Source of the DNA: the human T2T-CHM13v2.0 reference genome, Homo sapiens
Direction: 5' to 3' (one strand)
Assembly (NCBI RefSeq): GCF_009914755.1
Contig: NC_060942.1
Length of the DNA stretch: 64,000 nucleotides
Shown: one piece after another, positions 35,801 to 50,800 of the stretch
Numbering within the stretch: position 1 is the stretch's first letter
How the letters are laid out: each line of letters opens with the position of its first letter
Made by a program: the position numbers and the translations under genes
Notes under the pieces: model-generated
The model's input: the letters and a program-made list of their open reading frames with translations, nothing else
What the model was told of the DNA's origin: nothing
Databases searched by the model: none

Positions 35801-38800
35801 TTTGAAACACTCTTTTTGTAGTGTGTGTAAGTGGACATTTGGAGCACTTACCGGCCTAAGGTGAAAAAGGAAATATCTTCCCATAAAAACTAGACAGAAG
35901 CATTCTCAGAAACTTACTCGTGATGTGTGTCCTCAACTAAAGGAGTAGAACCTTTCTTTTCATAGAGAAGTTTTGAAACGCTCTTTTTGTGGAATCTGCA
36001 AGTGGATATTTGGCTAGTTTTGAGGATTTCGTTGGAAGCGGGAATTCATACAAATTGCAGACTGCAGCGTTCTGAGAAACATCTTTGTGATGTTTGTATT
36101 CAGGACACAGAGTTGAACATTCCCTATCATAGAGCAGGTTTGAATCACTCCTTTTGTAGTATCTGGAAGTGGACATTTGGAGCGCTTTCAGGCCTATGTT
36201 GGAAAAGGAAATATCTTCCCATAACAACTAGACAGAAGCATTCTCAGAAACTTATTTGAGATGTGTGTACTCAACTAAGAGAATTGAACCACCGTTTTGA
36301 AGGAGCAGTTTTGAAACTCTCTTTTTCTGGAATCTGCAAGTGGATATTTGGCTAGCTTTGGGGATTTCGCTGGAAGCGGGAATACATATAAAAAGCACAC
36401 AGCAGCGTTCTGAGAAACTGCTTTCTGATGTTTGCATTCAAGTCAAAAGTTGAACACTCCCTTTCATAGAGCAGTCTTGAAACACCCCTTTTGTAGTATC
36501 TGGAACTGGACTTTTGGAGCGATTTCAGGGCTAAGGTGAAAAAGGAAATATCTTCCCATAAAAACTGGACAGAAGCATTCTCAGAAACTTGTTTATGCTG
36601 TATCTACTCAACTAACAAAGTTGAACCTTTCTTTTGATAGAGCAGTTTTGAAATGGTCTTTTTGTGGAATCTGCAAGTGGATATTTGGCTAGTTTTGAGG
36701 ATTTCGTTGGAAGCGGGAATTCATACAAATTGCAGACTGCAGCGTTCTGAGAAACATCTTTGTGATGTTTGTATTCAGGACACAGAGTTGAACATTCCCT
36801 ATCATAGAGCAGGTTGGAATCACTCCTTTTGTAGTATCTGGAAGTGGACATTTGGAGCGCTTTCAGGCCTATTTTGGAAAGGGAAATATCTTCCCGTAAC
36901 AACTATGCAGAAGCATTCTCAGAAACTTGTTTGTGATGTGTGCCCTCTACTGACAGAGTTGAACCTTTCTTTTCATAGAGCAGTTTTGAAACACTCTTTT
37001 TGTAGAATCTGCAAGAGGATATTTGCATAGCTTTGAGGATTTCGTGGGAAACGGGATTGTCTTCAGGTAAAATCTAGACAGAAGCATTCTCAGAAACTTC
37101 TTTGGGATGTTTGCATTCAAGTCACAGAGTAGAACATTCCCTTTGGTAGAGCAGGTTTGAAACACTCTTTTTGTAGTATCTGGAAGTGGACATTTGGAGC
37201 GCTTTCAGGCCCATGTTGGAAAGGGAAATATCTTCCCGTAACAACTAGGCAGAAGCATTCTCAGAAACTTATTTGAGATGTGTGTACTCAACTAAGAGAA
37301 TTGAACCACCGTTTTGAAGGAGCAGTTTTGAAACACTCTTTTTCTGGAATCTGCAAGAGTATATTTGCCTAGCCTTGAGGATTTCGTTGGAAACGGGATT
37401 GTCTTCAGAGAAAATCTAGACAGAAGCATTCTCAGAAACTTCTTTGGGATGCTTGCATTCCAGTCACAGAGTAGAACATTCCCTTTGGTAGAGCAGGTTT
37501 GAAACACTCTTTTTGTAGTATCTGGAAGTGGACATTTGGAGCGCTTTCAGGCCTACGTTGGAAAAGGAAATATCTTCCCATAACAACTAGACAGAAGCAT
37601 TCTCAGAAACTAGTTTCTGATGTGTGTCCTCAACTAACACAGTTGAACATTTCTTTAGACAGAACAGTTTTGAAACACTCTTTTTGTGGAATCTGCAAGT
37701 GGCTATTTGGCTAGATTTGAGGATTTCGTTGGAAACGGGATTACATATAAAAAGCAGTCAGCAGCATTCTCAGAAAGTTCTTTGTGATGATTGCATTCAA
37801 GTCACAGAATTGAACATTCCCTTTCACAGAGCAGGTTTGAAACACTCTTTTTGTAGTGTGTGTAAGTGGACATTTGGAGCACTTACCGGCCTAAGGTGAA
37901 AAAGGAAATATCTTCCCATAAAAACTAGACAGAAGCATTCTCAGAAACTTACTCGTGATGTGTGTCCTCAACTAAAGGAGTAGAACCTTTCTTTTCATAG
38001 AGAAGTTTTGAAACGCTCTTTTTGTGGAATCTGCAAGTGGATATTTGGCTAGTTTTGAGGATTTCGTTGGAAGCGGGAATTCATACAAATTGCAGACTGC
38101 AGCGTTCTGAGAAACATCTTTGTGATGTTTGTATTCAGGACACAGAGTTGAACATTCCCTATCATAGAGCAGGTTTGAATCACTCCTTTTGTAGTATCTG
38201 GAAGTGGACATTTGGAGCGCTTTCAGGCCTATGTTGGAAAAGGAAATATCTTCCCATAACAACTAGACAGAAGCATTCTCAGAAACTTATTTGAGATGTG
38301 TGTACTCAACTAAGAGAATTGAACCACCGTTTTGAAGGAGCAGTTTTGAAACTCTCTTTTTCTGGAATCTGCAAGTGGATATTTGGCTAGCTTTGGGGAT
38401 TTCGCTGGAAGCGGGAATACATATAAAAAGCACACAGCAGCGTTCTGAGAAACTGCTTTCTGATGTTTGCATTCAAGTCAAAAGTTGAACACTCCCTTTC
38501 ATAGAGCAGTCTTGAAACACCCCTTTTGTAGTATCTGGAACTGGACTTTTGGAGCGATTTCAGGGCTAAGGTGAAAAAGGAAATATCTTCCCATAAAAAC
38601 TGGACAGAAGCATTCTCAGAAACTTGTTTATGCTGTATCTACTCAACTAACAAAGTTGAACCTTTCTTTTGATAGAGCAGTTTTGAAATGGTCTTTTTGT
38701 GGAATCTGCAAGTGGATATTTGGCTAGTTTTGAGGATTTCGTTGGAAGCGGGAATTCATACAAATTGCAGACTGCAGCGTTCTGAGAAACATCTTTGTGA

Positions 38801-41800
38801 TGTTTGTATTCAGGACACAGAGTTGAACATTCCCTATCATAGAGCAGGTTGGAATCACTCCTTTTGTAGTATCTGGAAGTGGACATTTGGAGCGCTTTCA
38901 GGCCTATTTTGGAAAGGGAAATATCTTCCCGTAACAACTATGCAGAAGCATTCTCAGAAACTTGTTTGTGATGTGTGCCCTCTACTGACAGAGTTGAACC
39001 TTTCTTTTCATAGAGCAGTTTTGAAACACTCTTTTTGTAGAATCTGCAAGAGGATATTTGCATAGCTTTGAGGATTTCGTGGGAAACGGGATTGTCTTCA
39101 GGTAAAATCTAGACAGAAGCATTCTCAGAAACTTCTTTGGGATGTTTGCATTCAAGTCACAGAGTAGAACATTCCCTTTGGTAGAGCAGGTTTGAAACAC
39201 TCTTTTTGTAGTATCTGGAAGTGGACATTTGGAGCGCTTTCAGGCCCATGTTGGAAAGGGAAATATCTTCCCGTAACAACTAGGCAGAAGCATTCTCAGA
39301 AACTTATTTGAGATGTGTGTACTCAACTAAGAGAATTGAACCACCGTTTTGAAGGAGCAGTTTTGAAACACTCTTTTTCTGGAATCTGCAAGAGTATATT
39401 TGCCTAGCCTTGAGGATTTCGTTGGAAACGGGATTGTCTTCAGAGAAAATCTAGACAGAAGCATTCTCAGAAACTTCTTTGGGATGCTTGCATTCCAGTC
39501 ACAGAGTAGAACATTCCCTTTGGTAGAGCAGGTTTGAAACACTCTTTTTGTAGTATCTGGAAGTGGACATTTGGAGCGCTTTCAGGCCTACGTTGGAAAA
39601 GGAAATATCTTCCCATAACAACTAGACAGAAGCATTCTCAGAAACTAGTTTCTGATGTGTGTCCTCAACTAACACAGTTGAACATTTCTTTAGACAGAAC
39701 AGTTTTGAAACACTCTTTTTGTGGAATCTGCAAGTGGCTATTTGGCTAGATTTGAGGATTTCGTTGGAAACGGGATTACATATAAAAAGCAGTCAGCAGC
39801 ATTCTCAGAAAGTTCTTTGTGATGATTGCATTCAAGTCACAGAATTGAACATTCCCTTTCACAGAGCAGGTTTGAAACACTCTTTTTGTAGTGTGTGTAA
39901 GTGGACATTTGGAGCACTTACCGGCCTAAGGTGAAAAAGGAAATATCTTCCCATAAAAACTAGACAGAAGCATTCTCAGAAACTTACTCGTGATGTGTGT
40001 CCTCAACTAAAGGAGTAGAACCTTTCTTTTCATAGAGAAGTTTTGAAACGCTCTTTTTGTGGAATCTGCAAGTGGATATTTGGCTAGTTTTGAGGATTTC
40101 GTTGGAAGCGGGAATTCATACAAATTGCAGACTGCAGCGTTCTGAGAAACATCTTTGTGATGTTTGTATTCAGGACACAGAGTTGAACATTCCCTATCAT
40201 AGAGCAGGTTTGAATCACTCCTTTTGTAGTATCTGGAAGTGGACATTTGGAGCGCTTTCAGGCCTATGTTGGAAAAGGAAATATCTTCCCATAACAACTA
40301 GACAGAAGCATTCTCAGAAACTTATTTGAGATGTGTGTACTCAACTAAGAGAATTGAACCACCGTTTTGAAGGAGCAGTTTTGAAACTCTCTTTTTCTGG
40401 AATCTGCAAGTGGATATTTGGCTAGCTTTGGGGATTTCGCTGGAAGCGGGAATACATATAAAAAGCACACAGCAGCGTTCTGAGAAACTGCTTTCTGATG
40501 TTTGCATTCAAGTCAAAAGTTGAACACTCCCTTTCATAGAGCAGTCTTGAAACACCCCTTTTGTAGTATCTGGAACTGGACTTTTGGAGCGATTTCAGGG
40601 CTAAGGTGAAAAAGGAAATATCTTCCCATAAAAACTGGACAGAAGCATTCTCAGAAACTTGTTTATGCTGTATCTACTCAACTAACAAAGTTGAACCTTT
40701 CTTTTGATAGAGCAGTTTTGAAATGGTCTTTTTGTGGAATCTGCAAGTGGATATTTGGCTAGTTTTGAGGATTTCGTTGGAAGCGGGAATTCATACAAAT
40801 TGCAGACTGCAGCGTTCTGAGAAACATCTTTGTGATGTTTGTATTCAGGACACAGAGTTGAACATTCCCTATCATAGAGCAGGTTGGAATCACTCCTTTT
40901 GTAGTATCTGGAAGTGGACATTTGGAGCGCTTTCAGGCCTATTTTGGAAAGGGAAATATCTTCCCGTAACAACTATGCAGAAGCATTCTCAGAAACTTGT
41001 TTGTGATGTGTGCCCTCTACTGACAGAGTTGAACCTTTCTTTTCATAGAGCAGTTTTGAAACACTCTTTTTGTAGAATCTGCAAGAGGATATTTGCATAG
41101 CTTTGAGGATTTCGTGGGAAACGGGATTGTCTTCAGGTAAAATCTAGACAGAAGCATTCTCAGAAACTTCTTTGGGATGTTTGCATTCAAGTCACAGAGT
41201 AGAACATTCCCTTTGGTAGAGCAGGTTTGAAACACTCTTTTTGTAGTATCTGGAAGTGGACATTTGGAGCGCTTTCAGGCCCATGTTGGAAAGGGAAATA
41301 TCTTCCCGTAACAACTAGGCAGAAGCATTCTCAGAAACTTATTTGAGATGTGTGTACTCAACTAAGAGAATTGAACCACCGTTTTGAAGGAGCAGTTTTG
41401 AAACACTCTTTTTCTGGAATCTGCAAGAGTATATTTGCCTAGCCTTGAGGATTTCGTTGGAAACGGGATTGTCTTCAGAGAAAATCTAGACAGAAGCATT
41501 CTCAGAAACTTCTTTGGGATGTTTGCATTCAAGTCACAGAGTAGAACATTCCCTTTGGTAGAGCAGGTTTGAAACACTCTTTTTGTAGTATCTGGAAGTG
41601 GACATTTGGAGCGCTTTCAGGCCTACGTTGGAAAAGGAAATATCTTCCCATAACAACTAGACAGAAGCATTCTCAGAAACTAGTTTCTGATGTGTGTCCT
41701 CAACTAACACAGTTGAACATTTCTTTAGACAGAACAGTTTTGAAACACTCTTTTTGTGGAATCTGCAAGTGGCTATTTGGCTAGATTTGAGGATTTCGTT

Positions 41801-44800
41801 GGAAACGGGATTACATATAAAAAGCAGTCAGCAGCATTCTCAGAAAGTTCTTTGTGATGATTGCATTCAAGTCACAGAATTGAACATTCCCTTTCACAGA
41901 GCAGGTTTGAAACACTCTTTTTGTAGTGTGTGTAAGTGGACATTTGGAGCACTTACCGGCCTAAGGTGAAAAAGGAAATATCTTCCCATAAAAACTAGAC
42001 AGAAGCATTCTCAGAAACTTACTCGTGATGTGTGTCCTCAACTAAAGGAGTAGAACCTTTCTTTTCATAGAGAAGTTTTGAAACGCTCTTTTTGTGGAAT
42101 CTGCAAGTGGATATTTGGCTAGTTTTGAGGATTTCGTTGGAAGCGGGAATTCATACAAATTGCAGACTGCAGCGTTCTGAGAAACATCTTTGTGATGTTT
42201 GTATTCAGGACACAGAGTTGAACATTCCCTATCATAGAGCAGGTTTGAATCACTCCTTTTGTAGTATCTGGAAGTGGACATTTGGAGCGCTTTCAGGCCT
42301 ATGTTGGAAAAGGAAATATCTTCCCATAACAACTAGACAGAAGCATTCTCAGAAACTTATTTGAGATGTGTGTACTCAACTAAGAGAATTGAACCACCGT
42401 TTTGAAGGAGCAGTTTTGAAACTCTCTTTTTCTGGAATCTGCAAGTGGATATTTGGCTAGCTTTGGGGATTTCGCTGGAAGCGGGAATACATATAAAAAG
42501 CACACAGCAGCGTTCTGAGAAACTGCTTTCTGATGTTTGCATTCAAGTCAAAAGTTGAACACTCCCTTTCATAGAGCAGTCTTGAAACACCCCTTTTGTA
42601 GTATCTGGAACTGGACTTTTGGAGCGATTTCAGGGCTAAGGTGAAAAAGGAAATATCTTCCCATAAAAACTGGACAGAAGCATTCTCAGAAACTTGTTTA
42701 TGCTGTATCTACTCAACTAACAAAGTTGAACCTTTCTTTTGATAGAGCAGTTTTGAAATGGTCTTTTTGTGGAATCTGCAAGTGGATATTTGGCTAGTTT
42801 TGAGGATTTCGTTGGAAGCGGGAATTCATACAAATTGCAGACTGCAGCGTTCTGAGAAACATCTTTGTGATGTTTGTATTCAGGACACAGAGTTGAACAT
42901 TCCCTATCATAGAGCAGGTTGGAATCACTCCTTTTGTAGTATCTGGAAGTGGACATTTGGAGCGCTTTCAGGCCTATTTTGGAAAGGGAAATATCTTCCC
43001 GTAACAACTATGCAGAAGCATTCTCAGAAACTTGTTTGTGATGTGTGCCCTCTACTGACAGAGTTGAACCTTTCTTTTCATAGAGCAGTTTTGAAACACT
43101 CTTTTTGTAGAATCTGCAAGAGGATATTTGCATAGCTTTGAGGATTTCGTGGGAAACGGGATTGTCTTCAGGTAAAATCTAGACAGAAGCATTCTCAGAA
43201 ACTTCTTTGGGATGTTTGCATTCAAGTCACAGAGTAGAACATTCCCTTTGGTAGAGCAGGTTTGAAACACTCTTTTTGTAGTATCTGGAAGTGGACATTT
43301 GGAGCGCTTTCAGGCCCATGTTGGAAAGGGAAATATCTTCCCGTAACAACTAGGCAGAAGCATTCTCAGAAACTTATTTGAGATGTGTGTACTCAACTAA
43401 GAGAATTGAACCACCGTTTTGAAGGAGCAGTTTTGAAACACTCTTTTTCTGGAATCTGCAAGAGTATATTTGCCTAGCCTTGAGGATTTCGTTGGAAACG
43501 GGATTGTCTTCAGAGAAAATCTAGACAGAAGCATTCTCAGAAACTTCTTTGGGATGCTTGCATTCAAGTCACAGAGTAGAACATTCCCTTTGGTAGAGCA
43601 GGTTTGAAACACTCTTTTTGTAGTATCTGGAAGTGGACATTTGGAGCGCTTTCAGGCCTACGTTGGAAAAGGAAATATCTTCCCATAACAACTAGACAGA
43701 AGCATTCTCAGAAACTAGTTTCTGATGTGTGTCCTCAACTAACACAGTTGAACATTTCTTTAGACAGAACAGTTTTGAAACACTCTTTTTGTGGAATCTG
43801 CAAGTGGCTATTTGGCTAGATTTGAGGATTTCGTTGGAAACGGGATTACATATAAAAAGCAGTCAGCAGCATTCTCAGAAAGTTCTTTGTGATGATTGCA
43901 TTCAAGTCACAGAATTGAACATTCCCTTTCACAGAGCAGGTTTGAAACACTCTTTTTGTAGTGTGTGTAAGTGGACATTTGGAGCACTTACCGGCCTAAG
44001 GTGAAAAAGGAAATATCTTCCCATAAAAACTAGACAGAAGCATTCTCAGAAACTTACTCGTGATGTGTGTCCTCAACTAAAGGAGTAGAACCTTTCTTTT
44101 CATAGAGAAGTTTTGAAACGCTCTTTTTGTGGAATCTGCAAGTGGATATTTGGCTAGTTTTGAGGATTTCGTTGGAAGCGGGAATTCATACAAATTGCAG
44201 ACTGCAGCGTTCTGAGAAACATCTTTGTGATGTTTGTATTCAGGACACAGAGTTGAACATTCCCTATCATAGAGCAGGTTTGAATCACTCCTTTTGTAGT
44301 ATCTGGAAGTGGACATTTGGAGCGCTTTCAGGCCTATGTTGGAAAAGGAAATATCTTCCCATAACAACTAGACAGAAGCATTCTCAGAAACTTATTTGAG
44401 ATGTGTGTACTCAACTAAGAGAATTGAACCACCGTTTTGAAGGAGCAGTTTTGAAACTCTCTTTTTCTGGAATCTGCAAGTGGATATTTGGCTAGCTTTG
44501 GGGATTTCGCTGGAAGCGGGAATACATATAAAAAGCACACAGCAGCGTTCTGAGAAACTGCTTTCTGATGTTTGCATTCAAGTCAAAAGTTGAACACTCC
44601 CTTTCATAGAGCAGTCTTGAAACACCCCTTTTGTAGTATCTGGAACTGGACTTTTGGAGCGATTTCAGGGCTAAGGTGAAAAAGGAAATATCTTCCCATA
44701 AAAACTGGACAGAAGCATTCTCAGAAACTTGTTTATGCTGTATCTACTCAACTAACAAAGTTGAACCTTTCTTTTGATAGAGCAGTTTTGAAATGGTCTT

Positions 44801-47800
44801 TTTGTGGAATCTGCAAGTGGATATTTGGCTAGTTTTGAGGATTTCGTTGGAAGCGGGAATTCATACAAATTGCAGACTGCAGCGTTCTGAGAAACATCTT
44901 TGTGATGTTTGTATTCAGGACACAGAGTTGAACATTCCCTATCATAGAGCAGGTTGGAATCACTCCTTTTGTAGTATCTGGAAGTGGACATTTGGAGCGC
45001 TTTCAGGCCTATTTTGGAAAGGGAAATATCTTCCCGTAACAACTATGCAGAAGCATTCTCAGAAACTTGTTTGTGATGTGTGCCCTCTACTGACAGAGTT
45101 GAACCTTTCTTTTCATAGAGCAGTTTTGAAACACTCTTTTTGTAGAATCTGCAAGAGGATATTTGCATAGCTTTGAGGATTTCGTGGGAAACGGGATTGT
45201 CTTCAGGTAAAATCTAGACAGAAGCATTCTCAGAAACTTCTTTGGGATGTTTGCATTCAAGTCACAGAGTAGAACATTCCCTTTGGTAGAGCAGGTTTGA
45301 AACACTCTTTTTGTAGTATCTGGAAGTGGACATTTGGAGCGCTTTCAGGCCCATGTTGGAAAGGGAAATATCTTCCCGTAACAACTAGGCAGAAGCATTC
45401 TCAGAAACTTATTTGAGATGTGTGTACTCAACTAAGAGAATTGAACCACCGTTTTGAAGGAGCAGTTTTGAAACACTCTTTTTCTGGAATCTGCAAGAGT
45501 ATATTTGCCTAGCCTTGAGGATTTCGTTGGAAACGGGATTGTCTTCAGAGAAAATCTAGACAGAAGCATTCTCAGAAACTTCTTTGGGATGCTTGCATTC
45601 CAGTCACAGAGTAGAACATTCCCTTTGGTAGAGCAGGTTTGAAACACTCTTTTTGTAGTATCTGGAAGTGGACATTTGGAGCGCTTTCAGGCCTACGTTG
45701 GAAAAGGAAATATCTTCCCATAACAACTAGACAGAAGCATTCTCAGAAACTAGTTTCTGATGTGTGTCCTCAACTAACACAGTTGAACATTTCTTTAGAC
45801 AGAACAGTTTTGAAACACTCTTTTTGTGGAATCTGCAAGTGGCTATTTGGCTAGATTTGAGGATTTCGTTGGAAACGGGATTACATATAAAAAGCAGTCA
45901 GCAGCATTCTCAGAAAGTTCTTTGTGATGATTGCATTCAAGTCACAGAATTGAACATTCCCTTTCACAGAGCAGGTTTGAAACACTCTTTTTGTAGTGTG
46001 TGTAAGTGGACATTTGGAGCACTTACCGGCCTAAGGTGAAAAAGGAAATATCTTCCCATAAAAACTAGACAGAAGCATTCTCAGAAACTTACTCGTGATG
46101 TGTGTCCTCAACTAAAGGAGTAGAACCTTTCTTTTCATAGAGAAGTTTTGAAACGCTCTTTTTGTGGAATCTGCAAGTGGATATTTGGCTAGTTTTGAGG
46201 ATTTCGTTGGAAGCGGGAATTCATACAAATTGCAGACTGCAGCGTTCTGAGAAACATCTTTGTGATGTTTGTATTCAGGACACAGAGTTGAACATTCCCT
46301 ATCATAGAGCAGGTTTGAATCACTCCTTTTGTAGTATCTGGAAGTGGACATTTGGAGCGCTTTCAGGCCTATGTTGGAAAAGGAAATATCTTCCCATAAC
46401 AACTAGACAGAAGCATTCTCAGAAACTTATTTGAGATGTGTGTACTCAACTAAGAGAATTGAACCACCGTTTTGAAGGAGCAGTTTTGAAACTCTCTTTT
46501 TCTGGAATCTGCAAGTGGATATTTGGCTAGCTTTGGGGATTTCGCTGGAAGCGGGAATACATATAAAAAGCACACAGCAGCGTTCTGAGAAACTGCTTTC
46601 TGATGTTTGCATTCAAGTCAAAAGTTGAACACTCCCTTTCATAGAGCAGTCTTGAAACACCCCTTTTGTAGTATCTGGAACTGGACTTTTGGAGCGATTT
46701 CAGGGCTAAGGTGAAAAAGGAAATATCTTCCCATAAAAACTGGACAGAAGCATTCTCAGAAACTTGTTTATGCTGTATCTACTCAACTAACAAAGTTGAA
46801 CCTTTCTTTTGATAGAGCAGTTTTGAAATGGTCTTTTTGTGGAATCTGCAAGTGGATATTTGGCTAGTTTTGAGGATTTCGTTGGAAGCCGGAATTCATA
46901 CAAATTGCAGACTGCAGCGTTCTGAGAAACATCTTTGTGATGTTTGTATTCAGGACACAGAGTTGAACATTCCCTATCATAGAGCAGGTTGGAATCACTC
47001 CTTTTGTAGTATCTGGAAGTGGACATTTGGAGCGCTTTCAGGCCTATTTTGGAAAGGGAAATATCTTCCCGTAACAACTATGCAGAAGCATTCTCAGAAA
47101 CTTGTTTGTGATGTGTGCCCTCTACTGACAGAGTTGAACCTTTCTTTTCATAGAGCAGTTTTGAAACACTCTTTTTGTAGAATCTGCAAGAGGATATTTG
47201 CATAGCTTTGAGGATTTCGTGGGAAACGGGATTGTCTTCAGGTAAAATCTAGACAGAAGCATTCTCAGAAACTTCTTTGGGATGTTTGCATTCAAGTCAC
47301 AGAGTAGAACATTCCCTTTGGTAGAGCAGGTTTGAAACACTCTTTTTGTAGTATCTGGAAGTGGACATTTGGAGCGCTTTCAGGCCCATGTTGGAAAGGG
47401 AAATATCTTCCCGTAACAACTAGGCAGAAGCATTCTCAGAAACTTATTTGAGATGTGTGTACTCAACTAAGAGAATTGAACCACCGTTTTGAAGGAGCAG
47501 TTTTGAAACACTCTTTTTCTGGAATCTGCAAGAGTATATTTGCCTAGCCTTGAGGATTTCGTTGGAAACGGGATTGTCTTCAGAGAAAATCTAGACAGAA
47601 GCATTCTCAGAAACTTCTTTGGGATGCTTGCATTCCAGTCACAGAGTAGAACATTCCCTTTGGTAGAGCAGGTTTGAAACACTCTTTTTGTAGTATCTGG
47701 AAGTGGACATTTGGAGCGCTTTCAGGCCTACGTTGGAAAAGGAAATATCTTCCCATAACAACTAGACAGAAGCATTCTCAGAAACTAGTTTCTGATGTGT

Positions 47801-50800
47801 GTCCTCAACTAACACAGTTGAACATTTCTTTAGACAGAACAGTTTTGAAACACTCTTTTTGTGGAATCTGCAAGTGGCTATTTGGCTAGATTTGAGGATT
47901 TCGTTGGAAACGGGATTACATATAAAAAGCAGTCAGCAGCATTCTCAGAAAGTTCTTTGTGATGATTGCATTCAAGTCACAGAATTGAACATTCCCTTTC
48001 ACAGAGCAGGTTTGAAACACTCTTTTTGTAGTGTGTGTAAGTGGACATTTGGAGCACTTACCGGCCTAAGGTGAAAAAGGAAATATCTTCCCATAAAAAC
48101 TAGACAGAAGCATTCTCAGAAACTTACTCGTGATGTGTGTCCTCAACTAAAGGAGTAGAACCTTTCTTTTCATAGAGAAGTTTTGAAACGCTCTTTTTGT
48201 GGAATCTGCAAGTGGATATTTGGCTAGTTTTGAGGATTTCGTTGGAAGCGGGAATTCATACAAATTGCAGACTGCAGCGTTCTGAGAAACATCTTTGTGA
48301 TGTTTGTATTCAGGACACAGAGTTGAACATTCCCTATCATAGAGCAGGTTTGAATCACTCCTTTTGTAGTATCTGGAAGTGGACATTTGGAGCGCTTTCA
48401 GGCCTATGTTGGAAAAGGAAATATCTTCCCATAACAACTAGACAGAAGCATTCTCAGAAACTTATTTGAGATGTGTGTACTCAACTAAGAGAATTGAACC
48501 ACCGTTTTGAAGGAGCAGTTTTGAAACTCTCTTTTTCTGGAATCTGCAAGTGGATATTTGGCTAGCTTTGGGGATTTCGCTGGAAGCGGGAATACATATA
48601 AAAAGCACACAGCAGCGTTCTGAGAAACTGCTTTCTGATGTTTGCATTCAAGTCAAAAGTTGAACACTCCCTTTCATAGAGCAGTCTTGAAACACCCCTT
48701 TTGTAGTATCTGGAACTGGACTTTTGGAGCGATTTCAGGGCTAAGGTGAAAAAGGAAATATCTTCCCATAAAAACTGGACAGAAGCATTCTCAGAAACTT
48801 GTTTATGCTGTATCTACTCAACTAACAAAGTTGAACCTTTCTTTTGATAGAGCAGTTTTGAAATGGTCTTTTTGTGGAATCTGCAAGTGGATATTTGGCT
48901 AGTTTTGAGGATTTCGTTGGAAGCGGGAATTCATACAAATTGCAGACTGCAGCGTTCTGAGAAACATCTTTGTGATGTTTGTATTCAGGACACAGAGTTG
49001 AACATTCCCTATCATAGAGCAGGTTGGAATCACTCCTTTTGTAGTATCTGGAAGTGGACATTTGGAGCGCTTTCAGGCCTATTTTGGAAAGGGAAATATC
49101 TTCCCGTAACAACTATGCAGAAGCATTCTCAGAAACTTGTTTGTGATGTGTGCCCTCTACTGACAGAGTTGAACCTTTCTTTTCATAGAGCAGTTTTGAA
49201 ACACTCTTTTTGTAGAATCTGCAAGAGGATATTTGCATAGCTTTGAGGATTTCGTGGGAAACGGGATTGTCTTCAGGTAAAATCTAGACAGAAGCATTCT
49301 CAGAAACTTCTTTGGGATGTTTGCATTCAAGTCACAGAGTAGAACATTCCCTTTGGTAGAGCAGGTTTGAAACACTCTTTTTGTAGTATCTGGAAGTGGA
49401 CATTTGGAGCGCTTTCAGGCCCATGTTGGAAAGGGAAATATCTTCCCGTAACAACTAGGCAGAAGCATTCTCAGAAACTTATTTGAGATGTGTGTACTCA
49501 ACTAAGAGAATTGAACCACCGTTTTGAAGGAGCAGTTTTGAAACACTCTTTTTCTGGAATCTGCAAGAGTATATTTGCCTAGCCTTGAGGATTTCGTTGG
49601 AAACGGGATTGTCTTCAGAGAAAATCTAGACAGAAGCATTCTCAGAAACTTCTTTGGGATGCTTGCATTCCAGTCACAGAGTAGAACATTCCCTTTGGTA
49701 GAGCAGGTTTGAAACACTCTTTTTGTAGTATCTGGAAGTGGACATTTGGAGCGCTTTCAGGCCTACGTTGGAAAAGGAAATATCTTCCCATAACAACTAG
49801 ACAGAAGCATTCTCAGAAACTAGTTTCTGATGTGTGTCCTCAACTAACACAGTTGAACATTTCTTTAGACAGAACAGTTTTGAAACACTCTTTTTGTGGA
49901 ATCTGCAAGTGGCTATTTGGCTAGATTTGAGGATTTCGTTGGAAACGGGATTACATATAAAAAGCAGTCAGCAGCATTCTCAGAAAGTTCTTTGTGATGA
50001 TTGCATTCAAGTCACAGAATTGAACATTCCCTTTCACAGAGCAGGTTTGAAACACTCTTTTTGTAGTGTGTGTAAGTGGACATTTGGAGCACTTACCGGC
50101 CTAAGGTGAAAAAGGAAATATCTTCCCATAAAAACTAGACAGAAGCATTCTCAGAAACTTACTCGTGATGTGTGTCCTCAACTAAAGGAGTAGAACCTTT
50201 CTTTTCATAGAGAAGTTTTGAAACGCTCTTTTTGTGGAATCTGCAAGTGGATATTTGGCTAGTTTTGAGGATTTCGTTGGAAGCGGGAATTCATACAAAT
50301 TGCAGACTGCAGCGTTCTGAGAAACATCTTTGTGATGTTTGTATTCAGGACACAGAGTTGAACATTCCCTATCATAGAGCAGGTTTGAATCACTCCTTTT
50401 GTAGTATCTGGAAGTGGACATTTGGAGCGCTTTCAGGCCTATGTTGGAAAAGGAAATATCTTCCCATAACAACTAGACAGAAGCATTCTCAGAAACTTAT
50501 TTGAGATGTGTGTACTCAACTAAGAGAATTGAACCACCGTTTTGAAGGAGCAGTTTTGAAACTCTCTTTTTCTGGAATCTGCAAGTGGATATTTGGCTAG
50601 CTTTGGGGATTTCGCTGGAAGCGGGAATACATATAAAAAGCACACAGCAGCGTTCTGAGAAACTGCTTTCTGATGTTTGCATTCAAGTCAAAAGTTGAAC
50701 ACTCCCTTTCATAGAGCAGTCTTGAAACACCCCTTTTGTAGTATCTGGAACTGGACTTTTGGAGCGATTTCAGGGCTAAGGTGAAAAAGGAAATATCTTC

